Source: TPA_inf: Saccharomyces (taxonomy: Eukaryota). From it: a DNA stretch of 64,000 bases. Where the stretch lies: assembly GCA_000146045.2 (NCBI GenBank), contig BK006938.2:1056001-1120000 (forward strand), given 5' to 3'. Shown here in pieces: positions 56,480-64,000 of this stretch (within the stretch, counting starts at the first letter, position 1; the number at the start of each line of letters is the position of its first letter). Both the position numbers and the translations under genes were made by a program. A model generated the notes under the pieces. It was not told the origin of the DNA. It did not search any database and saw nothing but the letters and a program-made list of their open reading frames with translations.

Positions 56480-58027
56480 TTAATTAAACCCATGGTCACC
56501 CAGCTTCGATTGAACGGTATGTATTCTTGAGTGCAATTCTTCTAAGTTCTTATTAAGTGTGACGATCTCCTCCAATCTACGCTGCTTCTTATAGTCCTGA
56601 ATTGTGGACTCAATAAGGTAGCTTTGTTCCTTTAGGACCATCAATTCTTCTCTCAGCTCTTTCACTTCTTTTATGGTCAAGTTTTCGATCATTAGTTGCG
56701 ATAATTTCTTTACCTCTGGTTCAGCTTTTTGCCCATCTTCATTCGTTTTATGGCCCTCTGGGTTCAAAATTGCCGGAAGCGACTTCAACGGTAGGATTTT
56801 TTCGTTTATGTATGCAGCGGAAGCTATCTTGATCGAATTTTGAAGTTGTCTCTCTAGATGACTTTGAGGTTCTACACTTAAGAGCTGTCTTGTTAGTGTA
56901 TTATACAAGTTAAAAGAATTGAGTAATTTATGTCTTAATCGAGCGAGATCATTCAGATTCTTTGGATCAAGTGTATTTTCAGAATCCTTGGCAGTCTCCA
57001 CCTTCAGGCTATTCAATGAGTCTTCAAAAATGGGCAGGAGACTATCAATTACTTTGGATATATTTTGCATGCTATCATATTTAGCAAATATTCCACTTAG
57101 CGGCATTCTAACGTCCTTGTTAAATTTCCTGCCAATAAATAGCATATCGATACAGTGCGAGCACAATCTTATGGATATAGGAATATGAAGTAAATCATCC
57201 TTCTGTATATTGTATTCGAATGGCAGATCTGACGCTGCAGACATTAAATAACCTATGCTTATTTCGTTTGAGCAGTTCCTGTTTGCATCATCACAAACAA
57301 CCATACCACATAATCTGCAGTGATGCTTCCTTAGTAATAGCCCAAATGGTTCGGAACATATGTTACAAAAGAGTACACTTCTATCATCTCTCCATGGAGT
57401 AACTGTACGTTCTAACTTGGACATTTCACTATTCATCTTCAAATTATGAATAATGGATCTAGAATATGTGTTATAGAGTGTAATCAGACCATCAACTAGA
57501 CGGACAAACCGATTTTCTAATTGTAATAGCCTTAAGTTTTTGTCCTCTCTTTTTATATTTCGTACCTTAAAGAATTCTGGTGTTAAATCTATTACTTCGC
57601 CATAATCGTTATAGCCAGGTTTTGTGACGAAACAATCATGGCAGCAATTGTACCATTTCCCGTTTCTGGGGTCATACTGTGCGGAAAGATTAAGTTTAAT
57701 CATATTAGGAAGATGCCTTCTGCAATACAGTTTACCACATTTCCTACAATTAATGGCGCCAATATTGTTATTCAAAGTCCTTCCACATGTGTGACAGCAG
57801 CTCTTCCCTTTTTTGAATTTTTCCCAATGGCTTCTTTTCAACTTTTGCGCACTGCTATCAACAGATCTGGCCTTTTTTTGTTTACCATTGACTAAACGAC
57901 TGTCATTGGAACCGAGTGAATCTTCATTATCGTTAAACCCATGCTCAACATCTAAATGTGCATTTAGTGCTTGTAAGTTATCAAACTTCCTTAGACAAAT
58001 GGGACATGAAACATTTTCAAGATCCAT
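56480..58027 (-). CDS. PEP7: Vacuolar sorting protein with C2H2 finger, two RING/FYVE-like zinc fingers and a coiled coil (Vac1)
   Basis: 515-aa ORF recognised as PEP7 (YDR323C). N-terminal C2H2 (CPICLRKFDNLQALNAHLDVEH). FYVE-like RKHHCRLCG. Confidence 0.85.
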   Translation of the reverse strand: MDLENVSCPICLRKFDNLQALNAHLDVEHGFNDNEDSLGSNDSRLVNGKQKKARSVDSSAQKLKRSHWEKFKKGKSCCHTCGRTLNNNIGAINCRKCGKLYCRRHLPNMIKLNLSAQYDPRNGKWYNCCHDCFVTKPGYNDYGEVIDLTPEFFKVRNIKREDKNLRLLQLENRFVRLVDGLITLYNTYSRSIIHNLKMNSEMSKLERTVTPWRDDRSVLFCNICSEPFGLLLRKHHCRLCGMVVCDDANRNCSNEISIGYLMSAASDLPFEYNIQKDDLLHIPISIRLCSHCIDMLFIGRKFNKDVRMPLSGIFAKYDSMQNISKVIDSLLPIFEDSLNSLKVETAKDSENTLDPKNLNDLARLRHKLLNSFNLYNTLTRQLLSVEPQSHLERQLQNSIKIASAAYINEKILPLKSLPAILNPEGHKTNEDGQKAEPEVKKLSQLMIENLTIKEVKELREELMVLKEQSYLIESTIQDYKKQRRLEEIVTLNKNLEELHSRIHTVQSKLGDHGFN

Positions 58028-58432
58028 AATAGATAAGTCGCCAGGAAATTCGGTGATATCCCTTTAAAAACCATGAGATCCGGCTTTGCTCTTTAGGTCG
58101 GTCAATTTAGCTACTGATCATATGTTTTCATTATTCTATTGTTTTCCCAAAGTATTACCCTGCCTGGAAATAACAGTGATAGCCAGAGTGATTCCATCGC
58201 CAGTACTTTTGTAATTCAGGAATACATTTATACCAATAAATGGCTCACATTTAATGTCTGCATACGTGATTACTACATATATATGTCTGCGTATGTGCTT
58301 GGCTATTTTACATTAGCGAGTTTCTATAAAGTACTAACGCCATTAGAGTTTTTTGTAACTGAAAAATGCCCTTAGAGTATGATAGCCTTTTAATAGCATC
58401 TCTCTATTCTTCGGTATGTTGACTTAAATTAA

Positions 58433-60763
58433 TCAAAACACTAACTTTGGTTGAATAAACGCCTTTTGTTTGGAGTGAAAAGTTAATGGATTTCTTTCAA
58501 TTATTGCCAATTCATTACTAGAAATTAAGTCAACAAACAGTAAAGGTTTATATTTATCAGTAAAGAAGAAGTGACCGGAGCTTTCTTCGTTTCTTTGTAC
58601 ATCTGTGGACTTTATTTTGTTTCCTTGGTTTAATAATACATTCAAGTTTTCGCTGATTTCCATATCAATATCGTCATCTTCGTCATCTTCCTCGTCGTTC
58701 ATGAAATTACTTTCATCTGTGATAGTTAGCCCTTCGTGTGTACGTTTTTTCTGTTTTCTTCTCTTATTTATAGGGAAGTCAACATCAAAGTCTATTCTTG
58801 ATATCCAAGTAGCCCCCCAAAACCATAATCTGCTACTATTTTCTATGTCTGAAAATATCCCTACACAGTTCTCTTTTAATGTCTTCCATTCTTTTGGTAA
58901 GTTATCCGTATTGTTTTTTGACCATTGAGTTAATACGCTTTCGCTATCTTCATTCTCGGCTTCCGAATTCAAATTCATATTGAATTCATAAATCTTATTG
59001 TCTGCAGTAATTACTACTACAGATTTTCTAGAAGTATTGATATGAACAGCGGTGATGAAATTATTCAAACGAGCAAGTGGTTTAGAAATCCTTGCTTTTA
59101 AGTCTAATATGTCTACGACTCCACAGCCACGAGAAATTACTGCAATGTTCTGGTCTACTTCCAAATGGTTGATCCTGTTAATATAGGGAACTTTGATACT
59201 GCTCTTAGTTGAAGTAACCTCCAAAAGTTCAACTTCTTGCGGTTTTTCATCTTCTTCAGATTCTAGATCCACAATAAATACATCATCTTCGCAAGAGCAT
59301 ATGACAATTTTGGAATTATCGATGAACTTGACTAATTTTGTGGAAGTTCTCAATAATAGGTCATTATCTAGTTTAGTCACTTTCAATTTATTACCTACGG
59401 GCTGTAAATGAAAAACTTTAGTGGTAGAGGGCCTCCCTACGACTAAAACTTGTCCATCAGGTGATAAAGAACAAGTTGAGATATTCTGGTCATCTTTTAA
59501 AGTTAACTTGCAAACTAGCTTATAATTCTGTTCTGTACTAGAATCGGTTCCCATTGTCCATATCTTAACAGTAGATTCGCTCCATGAAACAACAAGGCGT
59601 TGCTCTTTGTTAACTAAAACATTCTTTGAATAAGGTTCGACAGTTGGCATCTTCCTGTAGTTTCCATTAGAAAAAGAAGTAAGTGAGTTGATGACTAGTG
59701 TTTTTTCAACACCTCCTGAAACTAGAAAATCTGCACCTTTAGATTGGTATGCACATATTGCTCTAATGTCGTTTCCATGAAGCAACCTATTAGAAGAATT
59801 TACCCATCTGTTGTTCTTTTGAGATTTGTTAGTGTTTTGAGAAAATTGAAAGATTTTTCTGTCCACACCAGCACTAAAAACATAATTATTATCAGTATCG
59901 GTAGTTAGACACAGTACGTCTGCATCGTGCGCCTTAAATGACTGGTTTAGCGTGGCAAACTGGAAATCCCAGAATTTAATGGAGCCTGTAGAATCACCAG
60001 AGGCAATCTGATCAGTTCTTGGTAAATATATAACTGACCAAACTAGAGTTGATTCTTTTTTGGCCTTGTCGACCTTCATAGTGTGTAATAGACGACCCAT
60101 GTTTTCGTCATTTTTTTGTGCAGACCAAATCCTTATTCTACCATCAGAACAACCACCAATCACGAAGTCATCCTTTTTCCAAGCCAAAGTCAATACTCTG
60201 GCTTCTTGTCTCATCAAAATAGTATCGTGTTCCAAGACACCAGGCCCGCCAGAGATATCTATGAGGACCACCGTCCCATTATCGCAACCCACAGACAGCT
60301 TGTCTTGTGAATCGTTGATGGAAATAGACCATATCACACCTGAATTGCAATCATAGTTTCTTAATGGTAAACCTGTTGCTAAATCCCATTCTGTTACCAC
60401 AGTCGAGCCGCCAATAGAAAATAGCCTTAGAGACTCGCCGTTAACGTTGCTCCAGCAAAGGCCTTCAATTGATCTGTCTTTGCCACCTTCGATAACCATT
60501 TCCTGAAACCAATTGTTTCTAGGATTCCAGATTTCTATGTTACCATTAGATCTACCAATAGCTAATCTCAAATCGGACGGAGTTAACTTATTTATATTTG
60601 ATTTATGTGAAAATGCTAGAGATGTGATTGTGGCAGGAGTGAAATCCACAAATCTGCATCTATGCACTATCATCCTTTCCTGACTGGTCATCTTCACCGG
60701 TTTGTTTCGTATTTTCAGGCTTCTTGACTTTTCTTTTAAAACTGAAAGTAGCGATGAGCTCAT
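58433..60763 (-). CDS. UTP4: WD40-repeat SSU processome (t-UTP) subunit
   Basis: 776-aa ORF recognised as UTP4 (YDR324C). Multiple WD-repeat-like segments. Confidence 0.85.
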   Translation of the reverse strand: MSSSLLSVLKEKSRSLKIRNKPVKMTSQERMIVHRCRFVDFTPATITSLAFSHKSNINKLTPSDLRLAIGRSNGNIEIWNPRNNWFQEMVIEGGKDRSIEGLCWSNVNGESLRLFSIGGSTVVTEWDLATGLPLRNYDCNSGVIWSISINDSQDKLSVGCDNGTVVLIDISGGPGVLEHDTILMRQEARVLTLAWKKDDFVIGGCSDGRIRIWSAQKNDENMGRLLHTMKVDKAKKESTLVWSVIYLPRTDQIASGDSTGSIKFWDFQFATLNQSFKAHDADVLCLTTDTDNNYVFSAGVDRKIFQFSQNTNKSQKNNRWVNSSNRLLHGNDIRAICAYQSKGADFLVSGGVEKTLVINSLTSFSNGNYRKMPTVEPYSKNVLVNKEQRLVVSWSESTVKIWTMGTDSSTEQNYKLVCKLTLKDDQNISTCSLSPDGQVLVVGRPSTTKVFHLQPVGNKLKVTKLDNDLLLRTSTKLVKFIDNSKIVICSCEDDVFIVDLESEEDEKPQEVELLEVTSTKSSIKVPYINRINHLEVDQNIAVISRGCGVVDILDLKARISKPLARLNNFITAVHINTSRKSVVVITADNKIYEFNMNLNSEAENEDSESVLTQWSKNNTDNLPKEWKTLKENCVGIFSDIENSSRLWFWGATWISRIDFDVDFPINKRRKQKKRTHEGLTITDESNFMNDEEDDEDDDIDMEISENLNVLLNQGNKIKSTDVQRNEESSGHFFFTDKYKPLLFVDLISSNELAIIERNPLTFHSKQKAFIQPKLVF

Positions 60764-60787
60764 TCGTAGCTTTTTTCTTGTCAGTCT

Positions 60788-60798
60788 GAAAATTTTTC
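60788..60798. promoter_or_regulatory. RRPE-like element GAAAATTTTTC just upstream of UTP4 (ribosome-biogenesis gene)
   Basis: TGAAAATTTTTCA about 25-35 bp 5' of the UTP4 ATG on the minus strand. No exact PAC motif nearby. Confidence 0.35.
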
Positions 60799-61125
60799 AT
60801 TTGGTTTTTTGAAAAAAATCCTGCCTAATATGGTATCAAGAGGAATAACAAGAAAAAAAAATCATGGGGGATACAAAGGAAAACAAGGAGATAATGCAGG
60901 TTATACTGAATTGCTCATAGTATTAGCCTAAAGCACTTTACCTCTGATTTATTGCATCTATCGTATTCTTGAGTTATTGCGACTTTTAAAATCCGTGCAC
61001 CGCATATGAAAGGGTAGAGCCTTCGTGTTTGTTTACCTTTTTAGCTCTTTGAAGATCAAACAAAAACACTTCAGTAATGCCTACAGCCTTGGATAAGACA
61101 AAGAAGTTAACAGGCCGCGCCCATC

Positions 61126-64000
61126 ATGCAAGATCCTGATGGTATTGACATTAATACGAAAATCTTTAACTCAGTTGCTGAAGTATTTCAAAAGGCACAG
61201 GGTTCTTATGCAGGACACAGGAAGCATATAGCAGTTTTGAAGAAAATTCAGTCAAAGGCTGTTGAGCAAGGCTATGAAGATGCTTTTAACTTTTGGTTCG
61301 ATAAATTAGTTACTAAGATCCTTCCTCTGAAAAAGAATGAGATTATCGGAGACAGGATAGTAAAGTTAGTAGCTGCATTTATAGCTTCTTTAGAAAGGGA
61401 GTTGATATTGGCCAAAAAACAAAACTATAAGCTCACGAATGATGAAGAAGGGATATTCTCAAGGTTCGTCGATCAGTTCATAAGACATGTTTTGCGTGGT
61501 GTGGAAAGCCCTGACAAGAACGTCAGATTTAGAGTTTTACAGTTATTAGCCGTTATAATGGATAATATAGGGGAAATCGATGAATCACTTTTCAATTTAT
61601 TAATATTGTCTTTAAATAAGAGGATTTATGATAGAGAACCAACGGTTAGGATACAGGCTGTGTTTTGTTTAACTAAATTTCAGGATGAAGAGCAAACTGA
61701 ACATTTAACTGAGCTTTCTGATAATGAAGAAAATTTTGAAGCTACGAGAACTCTAGTTGCTTCTATCCAGAACGATCCGTCAGCTGAAGTACGGAGGGCT
61801 GCAATGCTGAATTTGATCAATGATAATAATACTAGACCGTATATCTTGGAGAGGGCTAGAGATGTAAACATCGTTAATAGAAGGCTCGTGTATTCGAGAA
61901 TTTTGAAATCAATGGGAAGAAAGTGTTTCGATGATATTGAGCCGCATATTTTTGATCAATTGATTGAGTGGGGTTTAGAAGATAGGGAATTATCAGTGAG
62001 AAATGCGTGTAAGAGACTCATTGCTCATGATTGGTTAAATGCTCTGGATGGCGATTTGATAGAATTACTAGAAAAATTGGATGTCTCAAGATCCTCAGTG
62101 TGTGTTAAGGCTATAGAAGCACTTTTTCAATCAAGGCCAGATATATTATCTAAAATCAAATTTCCTGAAAGTATTTGGAAAGACTTTACCGTAGAAATTG
62201 CCTTCCTCTTTCGGGCTATTTATTTGTACTGTTTGGATAATAATATAACAGAAATGCTGGAAGAAAACTTTCCAGAAGCCTCAAAATTATCCGAGCATTT
62301 AAACCATTATATTCTTCTCAGATATCATCACAACGACATTTCTAATGACTCTCAGTCGCATTTTGATTATAACACTTTAGAGTTTATTATTGAGCAACTA
62401 TCGATTGCCGCCGAAAGGTATGATTATAGCGATGAGGTTGGAAGGAGATCGATGCTTACAGTGGTACGAAATATGCTGGCCTTAACTACACTCTCCGAAC
62501 CTCTTATTAAAATTGGTATTCGTGTAATGAAAAGTCTGTCCATAAATGAAAAAGATTTTGTAACAATGGCAATAGAAATCATTAATGATATTAGAGACGA
62601 CGATATTGAAAAACAAGAACAAGAAGAGAAAATAAAAAGCAAGAAGATTAATCGCAGAAATGAGACTTCCGTCGATGAAGAGGACGAAAACGGCACACAT
62701 AATGACGAAGTTAACGAGGATGAAGAAGACGACAATATTTCATCCTTCCATTCTGCTGTAGAAAACTTAGTGCAGGGAAACGGCAACGTATCTGAGAGTG
62801 ACATAATAAATAATCTCCCACCCGAAAAGGAAGCGTCCTCAGCAACAATTGTTCTCTGTCTTACAAGGTCATCATATATGCTAGAACTAGTTAACACACC
62901 GTTAACAGAAAACATTTTAATTGCGTCGTTGATGGACACTTTGATCACACCAGCGGTTAGAAATACCGCGCCAAATATTAGGGAGCTTGGTGTCAAGAAC
63001 CTTGGTTTATGTTGTCTCTTGGATGTGAAGTTGGCTATTGATAACATGTACATCTTAGGTATGTGCGTTTCGAAAGGTAATGCATCATTAAAGTATATTG
63101 CGTTACAAGTCATTGTAGATATTTTTTCCGTACATGGGAACACTGTGGTAGACGGAGAAGGCAAAGTTGACTCAATCTCGTTGCACAAAATATTTTACAA
63201 GGTTTTAAAGAATAACGGTTTACCGGAATGTCAGGTGATAGCAGCGGAGGGTTTATGCAAACTATTTTTGGCAGACGTGTTCACTGATGATGATTTGTTT
63301 GAAACGTTGGTTTTGTCATATTTTTCGCCGATAAATTCCTCAAACGAAGCGCTGGTACAGGCATTTGCCTTCTGCATTCCAGTCTATTGTTTTTCACATC
63401 CTGCTCATCAACAACGTATGTCTAGGACGGCTGCGGACATACTCTTAAGACTATGTGTTCTTTGGGACGATTTACAGAGCTCTGTAATACCTGAGGTAGA
63501 CCGTGAAGCTATGCTAAAGCCTAACATAATATTTCAACAGTTGCTATTTTGGACTGATCCACGTAACTTAGTTAACCAGACAGGTTCAACAAAAAAAGAT
63601 ACAGTGCAGCTTACATTCTTGATCGATGTGCTCAAAATATACGCTCAAATTGAGAAGAAAGAAATAAAGAAGATGATCATCACTAATATAAACGCTATAT
63701 TTCTTTCTTCTGAACAAGATTATTCTACTTTGAAAGAACTTCTTGAGTATTCTGACGATATTGCAGAAAATGATAATTTAGACAATGTTAGCAAAAATGC
63801 TCTGGACAAGCTAAGGAATAATTTGAATTCGCTGATTGAAGAGATCAATGAAAGGTCAGAAACTCAGACAAAAGATGAGAACAACACTGCGAATGACCAA
63901 TACTCGTCTATTTTGGGGAATTCATTCAATAAATCTTCAAATGACACCATAGAACACGCTGCTGATATAACTGATGGAAATAACACAGAATTGACTAAAA
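61126..64000 (+). CDS. YCG1: Condensin non-SMC subunit (CAP-G homolog, HEAT repeats). 5' partial: runs off the window end with no stop.
   Basis: ATG at 61126. One open frame to position 64000, absent from the ORF track because it has no stop. Translation MQDPDGIDINTKIFNSVAEVFQKAQGSYAGHRKHIAVLKK... recognised as YCG1 (YDR325W). Confidence 0.82.
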   Translation, partial: MQDPDGIDINTKIFNSVAEVFQKAQGSYAGHRKHIAVLKKIQSKAVEQGYEDAFNFWFDKLVTKILPLKKNEIIGDRIVKLVAAFIASLERELILAKKQNYKLTNDEEGIFSRFVDQFIRHVLRGVESPDKNVRFRVLQLLAVIMDNIGEIDESLFNLLILSLNKRIYDREPTVRIQAVFCLTKFQDEEQTEHLTELSDNEENFEATRTLVASIQNDPSAEVRRAAMLNLINDNNTRPYILERARDVNIVNRRLVYSRILKSMGRKCFDDIEPHIFDQLIEWGLEDRELSVRNACKRLIAHDWLNALDGDLIELLEKLDVSRSSVCVKAIEALFQSRPDILSKIKFPESIWKDFTVEIAFLFRAIYLYCLDNNITEMLEENFPEASKLSEHLNHYILLRYHHNDISNDSQSHFDYNTLEFIIEQLSIAAERYDYSDEVGRRSMLTVVRNMLALTTLSEPLIKIGIRVMKSLSINEKDFVTMAIEIINDIRDDDIEKQEQEEKIKSKKINRRNETSVDEEDENGTHNDEVNEDEEDDNISSFHSAVENLVQGNGNVSESDIINNLPPEKEASSATIVLCLTRSSYMLELVNTPLTENILIASLMDTLITPAVRNTAPNIRELGVKNLGLCCLLDVKLAIDNMYILGMCVSKGNASLKYIALQVIVDIFSVHGNTVVDGEGKVDSISLHKIFYKVLKNNGLPECQVIAAEGLCKLFLADVFTDDDLFETLVLSYFSPINSSNEALVQAFAFCIPVYCFSHPAHQQRMSRTAADILLRLCVLWDDLQSSVIPEVDREAMLKPNIIFQQLLFWTDPRNLVNQTGSTKKDTVQLTFLIDVLKIYAQIEKKEIKKMIITNINAIFLSSEQDYSTLKELLEYSDDIAENDNLDNVSKNALDKLRNNLNSLIEEINERSETQTKDENNTANDQYSSILGNSFNKSSNDTIEHAADITDGNNTELTK

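Noticed and set aside
62424-63188. 254-aa antisense ORF inside YCG1; also 154-aa and 116-aa antisense ORFs in CFT1 (7999-8820), 181 aa in SWA2 (50336-50881), 132 aa in SUR2 (1226-1624), 107 aa in UTP4 (58605-58928), 100 aa in MCM21 (48279-48581)
   Set aside because: All lie wholly inside well-supported genes on the opposite strand, have low-complexity Ser/Leu/Phe-rich translations and no recognisable domains. This is the expected by-product of codon bias on the sense strand.

Overview
This window is Saccharomyces cerevisiae nuclear DNA: the right arm of chromosome IV from SUR2 (YDR297W) to the 5' part of YCG1 (YDR325W). The assignment comes from gene order and from protein sequences in the ORF track that I recognise; no search was run. 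Gene density is typical for yeast: 31 protein-coding genes, one of them partial at the right window edge. Two carry spliceosomal introns (HNT2, MCM21). There are two tRNA genes: tRNA-Val(CAC), and an intron-containing tRNA-Phe(GAA). A complete 5.9 kb Ty1 LTR retrotransposon sits about 300 bp upstream of the tRNA-Phe gene. It has near-identical 338-bp LTRs, a 5-bp target-site duplication (AATCT), TYA (Gag) and a TYA-TYB +1 frameshift fusion. Intergenic regions carry ordinary yeast promoter elements: poly(dA:dT) tracts, RRPE/PAC motifs upstream of ribosome-biogenesis genes, and an MCB site upstream of GIC2. Two of them contain matches to the ARS consensus. I found no novel gene system. Most worth a second look: an apparent 1-nt insertion that breaks the reading frame in MCM21 exon 1; the Ty1/tRNA-Phe arrangement, whose LTRs have Ty2-like U3 ends; two short tandem duplications (25 bp x2.4 and 18 bp x2); an unusually GC-rich island between GIC2 and SUM1; and a non-canonical GUAUGC 5' splice site in HNT2.
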